This document shows positions 1 to 14,100 of a DNA stretch of 64,000 nt, piece after piece. Position 1 is the first letter of the stretch. The number at the start of each line of letters is the position of its first letter. The position numbers were made by a program, and so were the translations under genes. The stretch covers positions 56,482,001-56,546,000 of the forward strand of contig NC_045705.1 of NCBI RefSeq assembly GCF_009834535.1. The letters are read 5' to 3'. This DNA is from Camelus ferus (Eukaryota). The notes beneath the pieces were generated by a model, which ran no database searches, was not told where the DNA came from, and saw only the letters and a list, made by a program, of their open reading frames with translations.

Positions 1-2379
1 CTGAAGCATTGAAACCTGTTGAGAGCACATCTTAGAGAGGGCTGGGCTAGAAAGCCAGAGTCTCCACATTCCAGAGAGTTACAATTGCTCACATCTCTAA
101 TCTCTGAGTTTTCCTTTCTCTTCAGAGCTCCCTTCAGTCTCTTCCATCTTCCTTACCCTGCCATCGCATGTCACCATCCCAGGGATGAAGCTCAGCAGAG
201 AGTAATTGTCTGTGACCCAAATGCTTTGGGTGCTGTCCCCAGACACTGGTGCATTTCCCTGCAGCAGCATAAAAGGGGTGTATCTTGGTTTCAGGGTCTT
301 CCCAGGCTTCTGTAGGATATTGTACAACCAAACAGCCTGGGGAAGAGCCAGAGTAAGTAGCAGGGCTCAGACTCAGGTCTTTCTCTGTGTCCAGAGTCCT
401 GGGGGGCACCTCTGTCACCTCCTCTTTTCCTCCTCCAAAATAAGAGTCAAAGAGAAAGAAATGACAGAAGGCAGAGGTAGCAGAGAAACATGGAGATGAG
501 AGTGTTGAGTATCCCCACGGGTGGTTTCATGTCTTGCATCAGGGAGAGATCAAGGAGAATCTCTTCCTGTGGCTCATGGATTAGCTCAGAGGAGGGCACA
601 GAATCTCATAATCTGTTTCTAGGAATGATGCCTAAATTGTGATCCAAAGTGGTAATGGTTAAGGGTACCTAAATCTCTTCTGGGCTTCCATTCTAGAAAA
701 ACAGAAATGTTCATGCTTGGCAACACGCGAGCATAGTCCACAGACGTCTCCAGTGAATTTTTCATTCACTCATTCATTCACCAAAACAACTGAATTCCTA
801 AGATGTACCTACCATACATTGTGCTGAGGGGAGCCTTATCAAAATAAATCAGAATTACTGTTCTTGGCAAACTCAAGCTAGTTGAGAGAGAAATTTGAAA
901 TTACCATGTAAATGATTGAATGGGGTTTCTAAGACACATGAGTGGACAAACAGAGGAAAGAAAAAAAATATTTGGGCATGGGGAGGGTTGTTCAGCAAAA
1001 ACAAAAGGTTAGGAGCAAGAAAACCTTAGGGGAAGGAGATTCAGAGGGGGGAAAAAACAGAAAAAAGTGAAGAGGTGGGAAAGTAAAAATAAGTCTATTT
1101 CAGGAACACTAGGTTTTGCAATCATAGAATGCCAGGATTAGAAAGATAGATAATCTAGTCCAGTTCCATGATTTTACAGATGAGGAAATTGAGGACCAAA
1201 AGGAGAAACTGACAATGTTTAGTATGCATGGCACCAGGTACAATCTGTGACAAACAGTGCAGTTTATTTGAAAGAACAAGGTACTTTGTACCAAACAGAA
1301 CCAAGTTTAGATCATTCTGTGCTGTCTCCTTGATAGACATTTGACTTTTCTAATCCTCAGGATCTTCATTGATATACATGGAGAAAGTTACATCTATCTT
1401 ACAATATTGTTTCAGAGCTGAGGGAATTCACTGATCATCAAAACTTGACTAATCTCTAATATGTACCTTATATAACAAGCATAACACAATAATACAGTGG
1501 CATAGCTGGATCCAGAAACCTCTTCTCTAATCCTCTACGTTAAAGTAAGTTGAAGTGCATTGTATCTGCCTCATGAGGTATGTTAGCGCTCCTCCAGCAA
1601 TTACAAACCATGGAGAGAGAACCAGGGGTCTCTGCCCTTGCAGTTGTCCCAGAGATTCTAGTGCTAGAGCCTTGAAGGGATGTGCACCCAAGTGACGGTG
1701 CAGAACTCTGGCTGAATGCACTGATGGACTGGCCTAGGAGATGATTATACAGTTCAGTGGGGCAGGAATGTGCCGATTTCAATGTGGTACCTTACGAAAA
1801 TTAAGCTGGTTGAAGCAGTTTGGAAAATCTGCAAAGAGAGGAAGGTGGTGGTGTATGCTGAGAGAAATAATACCAGCCAAACAGCTGCCCTAAGGAACTC
1901 TAAGAGAGATGACGAGATTATGAGCAATTGAATTAGGGACTGAATACTGGGAAGGAGAGCATAGATGTAATAAGGCACATTGGGCAGATTGAATGAGTTG
2001 ATTAAAAGACATCCATTAGCTTTAATTCTATGTAGATCATCCAATAGTAAGGTTGTAAGTACACATATGTCTGTGAGAGCCCCCATCACACTTCTCAAAG
2101 CGGGGTAGGGATAGACTCAAATACTTGATATTCATGTGGACCTGTTATGAATTTATTTTTCAGAAATTTAACCAAACACTTTATTGGAGATTTCTTCTGT
2201 GCCCTGTCGTCCATAAATCCAACGTGTTTCCAATTCTATAAGGCATCATTGCCTGGGATAAGACCTCAACCACCCACCTCTTCAAAATCAGCCACGATCC
2301 TAATATCTGGAGCATAGGGGAACAGAAATTTTCTTTTACTTCCTCTCCTTTCATGAGTTTATAGACTTGGTTATTGACC

Positions 2380-3330
2380 CTGCCATTTATTTATTCAACC
2401 AAGCAAATAGTGACTGAGAATCTACTCTGTTCCGGGTACTGCACAATGCAAGAGCCATGTGTCAGCAAATAAAACCATATGGCTGCTGTATTCATGGATC
2501 TTACAGTCTAGTGAGAGAGAACAAAAGATTTCAAGGAAAGGAGCAATCATAAAATGTTAAAATGTGTTGAGTGGTATAAAGGAAACTAAGAATGTGTGGT
2601 GTGAGGATAATGGGTGGGATATGTGGCTCAGGACACCTACTTAGTGAGGGTCATCCCAAATGGTGCCTGAGAAAATGATGCTTAAGATCTAAGGAATGAG
2701 GAGTCAGCCATGTAAAAAGCAAAGAGTGGGGTATGGAATGAACATGAAAGTCCCAAAGTGAAGAAATAGCTTGGCTTATTTAATAGACTGAAATAAGGTC
2801 AGTGTGGTTAAAGAACACTGAGCAAGAGGTAGTCTGCTATGTGATGAGTGTGGAGGGTTAGGCTGGTACTGGAAGATATGGGTCAGTATCAACATATATC
2901 ACATATCACGTCACAACCATTTTATCAAAGTGCGTTGGGGAATGACTGAAGTGTTTTAAAAAAGGGAGTAACATAAACCAGTCACTTCCCTGAACATCAG
3001 TTACATTATCCCTGAAGTAGGAGTAGTAATCTTTCCAGGGTCTACATCACAGGATGATCGTGGAGATTAAATGAATAATACGTAGTGAAAGATTTAGAGA
3101 AATGTAAAGTGTTAGACAATACAGTAAAGATAACAAAAATCATGGCTATGGTGCTTTGCACCTGAGATAATTTTTCACATACTTTGTCTCATCTAAAGAA
3201 AAGGTCAAAGGATTTGGAATGAGACAGACCTGGATTCAATGTCCAGGACTACAGTATATGAGCTGTTCATTCAGAGGTCAACCACTACAGTTGAGTCTCA
3301 GTTTCCTCATCTGTATAATGGGACGGGGAA
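2380..3330 (+). mobile_element. L2 3' portion followed by MIR fragments
   Basis: atttattcaaccaagcaaatagtgactgagaatctactctgttccgggtactg (L2); gacagacctggattcaat...gtctcagtttcctcatctgtataatggg (MIR core). Confidence 0.7.
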
Positions 3331-4269
3331 GATGGTATTATCCAAAGTCTCTGTTGATTCTGAGATGGAGAAATCTAGTCAAAAATACTTAGGCACAAAT
3401 CAAGCAATTTATTCTACAGCAAAAGTGTATCATACATATTATTATCATTGTTATTAAAATAATCAGATTCTGTATGATGAAAAATTACCTGGTAAATGAT
3501 TTTGTTCAACATTTGCATTGTCACTGAAGGGTAGTACAATTTTCTATTTCATTAAAAAAAAGTGTATCATACAAAATTCAAGAGCCAGAAAAATTGTGAC
3601 TTTAGGAAGACTCAGTTTCAGGAAGTACAGAGCCATCTCCATAGGGGGAAAAAAGCAGCTTCTCACTCCCTCAGACTCTGTCTCTGTGGGACTGCATGAA
3701 CTCTCATGCTTGCTTCTCTCTGCATATCTGATTCATTATCCTCTCTTTCCAAAGAGGTATTCTCCTTTTCTCCCTATGCACATGGAAATAGCACGTCCTC
3801 AATTTGGGCAGCAAGTGGACAATCACTAGTTTCTCTGAATTCCAATCACTATTTCCTGGAGAGAAATTTCATGCCATCAGCTCATACCAGGTGTCAACAT
3901 TGGGGATGATAAGCTTTTGCAGGATAGGTAAGATTATGTAGTAGTGATGTGACTCTTAAGGCGCTGTAGATGAGAGGGAACAGCCTTACAAAAGAAATTT
4001 ATTATGTTCATAAAAGAAATGAGACAATCTAGGCAAATGCACTGGCATAGTTCCTGGAATATAACATAATAGGGAGTCAGTGAATATTTTAATTGTTGTT
4101 ATTATTATGTTTTGAACATATCAGTAAATGGTATAACCAGTTATGGAGCTTGATTTTTAGAATTTGGATTCAATACTAGATTGTTCTTTCCTATCATCCT
4201 GGATCCTCTCAGTGTCTGCCCAGATTGAAGAGGTCACATCTATCTGCAGACCTCATCCATATCCCAAGG

Positions 4270-5229
4270 ATGCTCCCTTCCTAGTCCTTCATCAACATCT
4301 CCCTCTTCCAGCCCCCTGATTTCCTGATAATTGGCATCCCAGGGCTGGAAGCCATTCATGGCTGGATCTCCATCCCCTTCTCCTCCATCTATACTGCGGC
4401 CCTCACTGGAAACGGCCTGATCCTCTTGGCTGTGAGGAGGACCCCCAGCCTGCACCAGCCCATGTACTACTTCCTGTCCATGCTGGCCCTCACCGATGTG
4501 GGTCTCACCTTGTCCACCANNNNNNNNNNNNNNNNNNNNNNNNNNNNNNNNNNNNNNNNNNNNNNNNNNNNNNNNNNNNNNNNNNNNNNNNNNNNNNNNN
4601 NNNNNNNNNNNNNNNNNNNNNNNNNNNNNNNNNNNNNNNNNNNNNNNNNNNNNNTCGTGGCCATCTCCAACCCCCTGCGCTATGCAGCTGTCCTCACAAA
4701 TAGTGTCATCATCAGTATTGGACTGGCCATTGTGGCCCATGCTACCCTGTCTCTCTTTCCTGTGCCATTTTTGATTAAGCATCTTAACTTCTGCCCAGGA
4801 AATAACTTCCTGTCCCACTCATTCTGTTTCCACCTTGATGTGATGAGGAGAGCCTGTGCTGACATCAGCATCAGTATACACTATGGGCTCTGTGTGGTTG
4901 TGTCCACTGGGGGCATTGAATCCCTGCTCATTGTCCTGTCCTACAGTCTCATTCTGCACATGGTCATGGGACTGGCTTCTCCCAGGGAGCACATCTGGGC
5001 CCTCAACAACTGTATTTCCCATATCCTGGCTGTGTCTTCTTTATTCCAGTTATCACCATGTCCATGATCCACCGTTTTGGGAGGCACCTGCCTCCCCGTT
5101 ACACATGCCTTTGTTGCTTATGTGTAGCTGGTGGTGCCCTCTGTGCTCAACCCCATCATCTACAGTGTCAAATCCAAGCCCATCAAGGAGGCCATGCTCA
5201 GGGTCCTGAGGGGAAAAGACCAAGGCTGA
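4270..5229 (+). pseudogene. Class I olfactory receptor pseudogene, OR51A subfamily (probable orthologue of human OR51A9P / mouse Or51a25)
   Basis: Reading from ATG 4270 gives MLPS*SFINISLFQPPDFLIIGIPGLEAIHGWISIPF...LHQPMYYFLSML...VAISNPLRY...SHSFCFH...CISHILAV...VLNPIIYSVKSKPI...GKDQG* (TGA 5227-5229). Lesions: TAG at 4282-4284, frameshift near 5034, an extra C near 5095, TAG at 5125-5127. 4520-4654 is N. The orthology call rests on position next to OR51E1 in opposite orientation and on recalled sequence. Confidence 0.9.
4520..4654. other. N run (135 nt)
   Basis: Undetermined bases inside the OR51A-type pseudogene. Confidence 1.
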
Positions 5230-8200
5230 TGTAATTATGAAATATAACAGGGTCTGAGCACCATAAAAGACACTTGCTGTAGCCTCATAGGAACCAGCTA
5301 CCCTCAGCAAGTATTGACAATTCCTAGTCTTTGCTAATACAATGGAAAGACCATCAGGCTTGTTCATGTTATGAATGTATGTTCACTGTTTACTTTGTCC
5401 TGGAAGCAGTGCTGAGGATTAACGACTGAGAAATATATTTAACATGGCCCTTTCTTTCTAGGAACTCACCATCTTGTGCCTGGATAAAGCATGTAAATAC
5501 ACAAGCAGAATTTAGACATATTCGTACCATACAAAGTTCTGTGCAAGAGATTACTAGGGATTGCAAACTGGTACTTGCCAGAACCTTCCTGGGAAGTTTG
5601 GAGAAACCTCTACTACAGAGAGTGCTCTTTATTTCATCTTGGAACATGTGTAGGGTTTTTCTCCGCAAAGTAAGAATTAAGAAAGAGAAAAATGTAGGGA
5701 AAAAAGAACAACACAAAAAAGGCATTTTTATATTTTTTCCATAAATTTGTATTGAACAAGTGAATAAATAAATGTATTGATCAGACGATAGGATTCCACT
5801 GGCCCCAGCACTGACTTCTTGTCACTCATCTCAGGAGTGTCCTGTTCTCCAAGAGACTCCCTTATTTGACAGATTCCATAGTAAAGTCTGACAGTGACAG
5901 TTGCATCGTCTTCTATGTCCACTTCAGATCTCCTCCAGATTCTCCATACCTTCACTCTTCAACCTTCTTAAAAGCCCTACCTCCTTGTTGGCTTCCTTAG
6001 GAATGGAAGAGGCAGATTATAATCTGGTTCTGCACCAGCTTCATTCCCTTTGGATTGAATCTAAGATAAAAAGCTATTAGATGCAAGGGGAATGGACAAG
6101 AAGAAGTTTGAGTGTACCTTGTTTAAAAGATCAGCAATGAACATCCACTCTGAAATCCTAAACCAATGCTGGAATATAACCAGCATGGAGGTTTTGACAG
6201 CTGTCCAAGCAAGAGAGGGGTCTCTGGACTAGGATGCTGGCAGTCAGAATGGAGAACACAAGGCATGTTTATGAAACATTTCTAGATAAAACCAAAAATA
6301 AATGAGCAAGTGACTTACGGACTGAGAGTTCCTATCATTCAGACTTCTCTAGCACCCAGCAAAGGTCCAAGTAGCTGAGATGGTAGAGGCAGAGACAGGA
6401 ATATCCAAACAAAGAAAATGGGAAAGGTAAAAGGATGCCCATGTAAAAGATATATGATGAAGGTCTTTGTCCGGAAGATACCCTAACTGCCTGCCAAATC
6501 ACCTAAAAGAGGCAGCACTCTCTCTTATTCGAGTTCTTAATTCCAGGCCCTTCTCGGTGACCTGATGAGTGTTCATGAAGTAAGTGACCAGACATCTGGT
6601 CTAGAAATTAGGAGATTCTTGCTCTAGTTTTATCTCTGGGTCTGGTATTTAATACTTATTGAGAAACACAGGAAGGTGGTGGTGGTGGTAGGATTTATGT
6701 GTGTGTATGTTTATATTCACTAAATGGTTAACCCATTTAGGATCCAACCCATGAAACTTTATCCTGAGCTTATTAACTATCATAGACTTGGAATCCCTTT
6801 TGAAATCTAGGATAATGGCTGCATCCCCAGAAAAAAAAAAAAAGTAAAATGTGTCTGATTTATCTCTTTATTATCCATCTATGTGTGTCTCCAATAAAAT
6901 TTCAAATATAAAACGAATATACACATTCATCCTATGTCCATACAGAAGCATGTACACAAGCATTTATTAAAAATCTGGAAGAATAAACACCAAAAAGCAG
7001 TATTTTTCAGGTGACAAGTTTATTGGAGTTTTATTATATTTTTATTTATTTCATATTTTCGAAGTATCTAAGATTTTTCTTTACAGTGATCACATATTGC
7101 TTTCCTAATAAGAAAAAAATCTGTCTCTTTCTCTCCCTTCTTTCATTCTGTTTCTTTATTTCAACCCCAGTGTCAGGGCACTACTGGGAACTGATATGAT
7201 CTTCCACATAGTTCAAAGTGACCAGCACTGAGTCTAGTTTATGTCCGTCATTCTCCTAGCCACCACTCACCTGGGCATAGCAGATTCCACGCTGTCACAA
7301 TTCTCATCTTCTGGATTCTAGTTCAAGAAACTGGGTATTCAATCTCCATAGCCTTTCTACTGAGTAGCCCTGTGCTACTAGCTATGGCCAGAAAGTCTGG
7401 CGGGCCATGCACCATGCTCTCCACTCTACTACCTGCTTCTCACACTTACCTACCTCTCTTTAGGTCTGACTAGCACTCCCCTGTGACTGGAGATCTCATT
7501 TCTCCCCCATTCATTCCCATGGCACTCCTGTAGTGCCAATGCTACCTCCTCCCCATTCTGCTTCCTTCTGGAAGTGCTGTGCCTGGCTTGTGGGGCTCCT
7601 GAGTGAGCCTCCGGAACCATACTCATGCTAAGTACAGCTATCAAGGACACAGTCATTATTATTGGTCTCGCCTATGGTCTTCTTCTCTGAACCTTGATGC
7701 AACAGGCTTCCCCCTACATGGTAGCTCAGAGCCCTCAGAGTACATGGTGTCCACTTACATGCTCTACTCTCTTTCTGTGGACCCATGCTTGCCTTCACCT
7801 TGCTTCCTGGCTAGTCTCAAAGTGCTTCCTACTCTTGACTCCCTGGTCTATGGTAAGCAGCCCAGCCATTTTTACTGTGAGCTTCTAGATTTTCCCAGCT
7901 GCATCTCTCCATGAAGTGTCTCTCCAGAAATCCAGTGAATGCCCACTGCTGATTATACTGTTTCCCAAACTAGCCGCTGTTAGGAAATTACTCATATTGC
8001 TACTACATATTGCAAATTACTCCTGTTGCTACTACACAAATACAATGGCAAACAGACCAGGAACTATTGGGATTAAAGCCATCAGCAACATTAACAGGAA
8101 ATTCCTAAATACAATACTGGCTGAGTGAGAAAGGAACTTAAATACTTCCCCTAGAAAATGCAAAACTCTGGAATGTCTAACTCACTACCCAACTAGTCTA

Positions 8201-9008
8201 ACAGTCCCTCCTAACAATATGGCTAGAGCGTCAAAAGATTTAATTTTTTTTTTTTTTTTTTGAGCCTGAGTGATCTCATCAAACATCAATTTCCCCATTG
8301 GTACAATGAGGGTACTAATCATATTTCTACCTAAATCAAAATGTTGATAAGAAAATTACATAAGGAAAAGCATCCAAGGTCTGTTTAACTCTCAGAATAC
8401 CATGTGTCATCTTTCATTAATGTAGATGAATATAATCTTCCTGTGGATTTATTTTTAAGCCTCTTCTTAAGAACTGGTACTCAGAAGAAATTTTTTTTTT
8501 CTCTATAGAGGTCATTTTGAAGAAGGAAATCTAGGTACGACTCTTTCCTAAGTTCCAAAGTGGTTGGAGATTCTGAAGAGGAAAACATAGTTTGAAGCCA
8601 GATTATCTAACTGTATTATATTCTTATATTATTTTATTTTTTGCCATGCTTAATCCTTTGGTAGTAAATGGTCTTAAGATGCATCATCCTCATCTCAGAA
8701 TGCTGTGGACTATCAGGGCAAGTGATAGTCTGAATGATTTGGACTTAAGAATTGGACTGAAAGGTTAAGTGGGAAATCATAACCCTCCAACCACAACTAC
8801 CTCAAAGAACTAAAGGGAAAAATAATATTGAAAAATGGGGATTGAGAGTATACAGTTCTACCAACATGGAGATTCTCCAACCAGTTTCACCTTTGAAGGA
8901 TCAGTTGCGTCTTTAAGAATTTTCTCCCTAATACTGTCTTCCAAAATCTTGATATTAAAAAAATGAATTGAAGGACTTTGCATGAAAAAGAAATCTGATC
9001 CCTGCCAC

Positions 9009-9962
9009 CTAGGGAACTGAAGTATGTGTGGTCACATGGAAAAGACGGAGGATGCGCTGCCGGATCTCCTTAGTCTTCACTCCATAGACAATAGGGTTGA
9101 GCACAGGAGGAACAAGCAGGTAGGTGTTGGCCATGATGATGGGCAGGAGGGAGTCATGCCGTTTTCCAAAGCGGTGTACCATGGACAATCCAATGAAAGG
9201 CACATAGAATATGAAAACAGCACACACGTGAGAGACACAAGTGCCAAATGCCTTTGCCTGGGCTTCACGTGTCAAGCCCAACACAGTCTTTAGGATAAGC
9301 AGATATGACAAAGAGATGAGAAGTGAGTCCAGGCCAATGGCAGAGATGATGACAATGAGGCCGTAGATGATATTGATGTGGATATCAGCACAAGCCAGCT
9401 TCATGACATCTTGGTGGAGGCAGTAGGAATGGGAAAGGATATTGGAGCGGCAGAAAGGCAGCCGTTTGATGAAGACAGGCAGGGGTGCCATAAGCGCAGC
9501 ACCCCGTACCACCGCAGCCATGCCAATCTTGATAACACGAGGCAANNNNNNNNNNNNNNNNNNNNNNNNNNNNNNNNNNNNNNNNNNNNNNNNNNNNNNN
9601 NNNNNNNNNNNNNNNNNNNNNNNNNNNNNNNNNNNNNNNNNNNNNNNNNNNNNNNNNNNNNNNNNNNNNNNNNNNNNNNNNNNNNNNNNNNNNNNNNNNN
9701 NNNAGATGGCCATCATTTTGGGCATAGATGAGGTGGAGATGAGGACATCAAGGCCAGAAAGCATGCAAAGAAAGATATACATGGGTTCATGTAGGCTATG
9801 TTCTGTCCGCACGATGTAGATGATCGTCAGGTTACCTAGCACAGCAATAAGGTAGAGGGAGCACAGCGGGAAGGCCAACCAGAACTGAGCTTCTTCCAGG
9901 CCTGGGAGGCCTATTAGAATGAAATATGTGGCACTGGATTCATTGCCATTGGAGCCCACCAT
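9009..9962 (-). CDS. OR51E1: Olfactory receptor 51E1 (317 aa, single coding exon; 53 codons hidden by Ns)
   Basis: ORF MVGSNGNESSATYFILIGLPGLEEAQFWLAFPLCSLYLIAVLGN...VPPVLNPIVYGVKTKEIRQRILRLFHV closely matches recalled human OR51E1. A splice acceptor (tctctgtattccAG) lies about 42 nt upstream of the ATG, at 10005-10006. Confidence 0.95.
   Translation of the reverse strand: MVGSNGNESSATYFILIGLPGLEEAQFWLAFPLCSLYLIAVLGNLTIIYIVRTEHSLHEPMYIFLCMLSGLDVLISTSSMPKMMAIXXXXXXXXXXXXXXXXXXXXXXXXXXXXXXXXXXXXXXXXXXXXXXXXXXXXXLPRVIKIGMAAVVRGAALMAPLPVFIKRLPFCRSNILSHSYCLHQDVMKLACADIHINIIYGLIVIISAIGLDSLLISLSYLLILKTVLGLTREAQAKAFGTCVSHVCAVFIFYVPFIGLSMVHRFGKRHDSLLPIIMANTYLLVPPVLNPIVYGVKTKEIRQRILRLFHVTTHTSVP
9546..9703. 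other. N run (158 nt)
   Basis: Undetermined bases inside OR51E1. Confidence 1.
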
Positions 9963-10714
9963 ATTGAAGAAGCTGAGCTGTGACCAGTGCCTGACGAGTA
10001 GAGGCTGGAATACAGAGATAAACCATTATTAGATCCTCTAGAATTCCAGTATCATTTTTATTTCTCTTCATCCTGATGGCCTGTTCTCTGACCCATACTC
10101 TAACTTCATTGCTTATCTAAACTCATTCTATTCGAAACTCAACCTAGCCATCCTTCATAACTGAAGGACCAATGAATATTTACCCAGTCCTACTTACTAA
10201 CTCCACCTCTAAAGTTACTCCCGAAAACAAATGAAATAGTAAGGCAAAAATTCTAAGCATATTTTAAACCATTTAGTTCACCAAGGATAGGTTATTGGCT
10301 AAGTACACATCAGACTTAGATGATAAAAACAGCCATCACTTCTTCTGTCCTGTCCTATACTTATGCTCCCCTATGCTTAATATCAACCGTAATTCTAAAT
10401 CTATCATTAGGCTACCTTTAAGACTAATCCCAGTCCAATGTAGTAATTCTAAGAGTAACATAGTTAACACTGAAACCTAACCTCTTCACTGCTCCTAATG
10501 ATCTCTCTAACCCCAACTTTAACATTAACCTAAGGTTTTAGTAGTTATTTCTAATGTAATCTAAAACTTAACATCTATTTAATGATGATAAACTTTAATT
10601 CAATAAAAATACCTGACATACTAACTTCATCCTGAACTCTACATTTCACTCTTGCCAAATGTCCATCCAAAGTCTTACACTTGTCCAGAACGCCTAGTTT
10701 ATATCATAAAAGGA

Positions 10715-11155
10715 ACAATGGCTGCAGTGGGTGCTGTTGGTGTCCCACCCAAATCCCCTTCATCAAGTCAGTGCATCTATGTTTCATCTGCAGTGAGTGT
10801 TGAATGCTAAAGGCTCATAGTTCCCACTTTCCCCAGATCAAAGGAGAGGCACTGCACCCAGAAAGTTATGCTTTCCCTACCAGGGTACATCTAGAGGTCA
10901 ATGAGTGCCTGACATAAAGGTACAAAGGCTTAGCCTCCTTGCCTCAGGGTGGGACCAAATCTGTGATGCAGTGTTCCTGAGGAACCAGAGCTGAAGCTGG
11001 TGTACAGCTGAGACCACAGCCTTACTTAGCTTTCTTTCCCTTCTCTATCCCACTCCCCTCACTCCTCTTCTCATGACAGTAGTCCTTCATATCTCCTTTA
11101 AACAAGAATTTCTACTTCAAGCTCTGTTTCTAGGAGACTCACCAAGCTTAAGAGA
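10715..11155 (+). mobile_element. Ancient ERVL-type LTR (LTR16-like)
   Basis: gcagtgggtgctgttggtgtcccacccaaatcccct...caagctctgtttctaggagactcacc. Family from memory. Confidence 0.45.
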
Positions 11156-14100
11156 GTGGGGTTGACACCGAGGACTAAACCTGATAGATGATGGTATCAG
11201 AAGCACTGGAGGAACAATAAATCCTGTACCAGGGTTCTGGTATCCCCGACTCTGGCTATTAAGGTGATGGATATAAGTAGGAATTGCTGAGGTAGAAAAT
11301 GTCAGACTTGCATTTTCTCAGATCATATCTCTCTGATGAAACAACTATAGAGTTAACTAACTTCCTCTCTTTTTTTCCCTTTCTTTCATTCACAGATATT
11401 CACATGCTCCTACTTTTCACTAGATTATATAAATTGTATATATTTACTCACACAGTGTATGTGTATATTTCACATACATACTATCTATGTATATACTAGC
11501 TGTCTCCTCTTCCCGTTATGAAAATAGTAACATTTATTGCTAGAGTATATTTAAGATAATTTTATCTTGGCAAGAAAAGAGAAAGGGTTGGTTCTTAAGA
11601 CCTGGCCCTTGACAACCAGGGTAGGGTATTCTGCACGGGCTACCAGAGAGCAGGTGAGTGTGGAGAAGAGCTCAGGGCCAGCATCAGGAGGGGCTCACAC
11701 CATTCACTGGGCTCAGGACACACTGATGATCTTTGCTCCACCACTGAGCTGTCCCCCAGAGGTCCCCTCAGACCAGGCACAAAAGGGGAATTACTGGCAG
11801 CATGAGTTTTAGAACAGAGAGTGACAGAGTTTAATTCAAACTGCTCGAGGGAGAAGATATAAGGAGCCAGACTTATCCAAGAACTTCAGGTTAAGAGGCC
11901 AAAGTCATCAACATCACATAACTCTTCTGTACTGACCTCTCTGTAGCGTATGCCACTGTGATCAGTTTCCTCCTTCTTAAACCTTCTCCTTGCCCCTTCT
12001 GCTTCCCATCTATCTCCGAGCACTAGGTCTTTCTGGATCCTCAGCCTCCTCCCCTTGACCCTGAAGCATACTTTTAAATGATAATGCTCTCAGAATTGTA
12101 TCCTCAGAGCTCTTCTTGTTCTAGATACTCTCCCCGGACTATCTCTTCCCCTTCAGTAAACCCCCTTGTTTACTATTGATTCCGAAACTATTGACCCCAA
12201 GTCTACTTGGGAAAGCCTGACTTAACTTTTGTGATCCAGATTCATCATTCCAAAGTCACTAAAAGCGTTCACCTAGCTTTCTCTCAAACATATCAAACCC
12301 TCCGTGTCTGTGTCCACACAGATCTGACTAGCAGTCAGTCTCTCACAATGACAGAGACCAAGCACTGATATGGAGATAACCAGGAATCAAAGAGAGGAGG
12401 ATGCAGCTGGCCTGGAAGTAAGGCGCCTTGACAGCATGAGGTGGGCAACTGTCGCTGGAGGTAACAGCAGGCTGGACCTCAGAAGGCAGCAGCAGGAGAG
12501 AAATGAAGGAATGGAGAGGGGAGCCAGGTCCAGGACCCAAGCATCACCCTTCAGTCTGTCAGCCCTGAAGCAGCCCAGTCTCCCACTTGACAGACAGCCT
12601 GAGCAGCTGTTGGTAATTAAAGCCATCGCATGCACCCAGAGAATATTTGGCACTCCAAAGAAAACTGGAGCTAAATCATTCTGTTTTGAAAACAAAACAT
12701 AATCCAGGAAAAATATACAAAGAGGTTTTTTTTTTCTTTTTTCTCTCATTTTTAGGAAGCCTTCACTGCCTTAACCCCCAGGGAATAGCTCTCTGTGCTT
12801 GAAATTTCCTCTGAAAAAGTCACACTATTTTAGCAAATCCCAGAAATGCTTCTTGGAGAACTGTGAAGGACATCTTAGCCCTTTCTTGATGATGGGGGAA
12901 CAGAAGCCTCCAGTGATACCGAGAAATCCACTTTGAGGCCTTAAATCTTCCTCATTCCTTCCCCGTGGCCTCCAGGACTCTGGCCCCTGTCCAGCTCAGC
13001 CCCCTTACCAGTCCATCCTCATATCCTTCCCCCGAGTTCTCTGAACTCCCTTCTTCCCAGAGACATGGAAAAGCAGTCAGGGGGACAGAGTCAAGAGAAC
13101 AATAGGGTCACTCCCAACAGGGGCCCTATCGGTTTTACGATTATAACAGAAATCGTTGTATGCCTATAGTGTTGAATGCAGACACTGAATAAAGAGTACC
13201 TAACCCAAGAACAATTCTGCATAATAGGATTTCTATGTATCTTCTCTATATTATAGGTGATAAAACTGAGGCCCTCAAGGAGTTAAAAAAATGTTTCCAG
13301 GGTTTACCTGTTGACTGGTAAAACAGAAATTTGACCTAGACTGTTCAGCTCCAAGGCCTGTGTATTTCCCCTTTGAACTGCCTTTAATGTGCTGTACCTC
13401 CTGAAAGCTAATCAGATCTGCCCAAGAGGCAGAGGAGAAGAAGGGCTTGGTATGTAAGTCACCTGGCCCAGCTAGAGCCTTGGAAGGCAAACCAAGGGAG
13501 CTGTAAAGAGGACCCTCTGGGACTTGAAGACTCTTTCCTTTTCAGCCCCGACTCCTCTGGCTGTGACTTGGGCAGAGCCCACAGTGGAAAGTAAAAAGCT
13601 TTATCCTCTTCTGAGTACTTCCTTATTATACAATACAAGCCTCAATACAAGGAGGTATCAGTAATCCCATTTGACAGATGAGGATGGTGAGAGTTGGTTA
13701 GAGCTCTCTGTGTCAAATCCATGTGCTTTCCACAAGGCCAAGCCCTGCCTCTCTCCCAGTCTCCTTTACAATGAATCAGTGCTTTATACGGACTATTTCA
13801 ATGTTAATTCCAATGAATCCAAAATTTGTAGAGCCATGAGTCCAGAGGGCCTCTCTAGGGCTCAGGACGCCTGACCAGCTCTCTGCATCTGGGCTCAGTG
13901 TGTGGGGCGTGAAGAGAGGGAATGTGAGAGGAGATCCATGGTCACTGCCATTATCAGGCTAAGCACACAGAATGTTCCATGCCTGGATCAGTGGGGTGAG
14001 AGCCTCAGGTGCCCCTGCCTGCCTCTGTGGGAACATCTGGAAGAAAATGTCCTTGGAGGGAAGCCCAGGAATACCTGGGAGCCTCTGGCTCTTACTCCCA

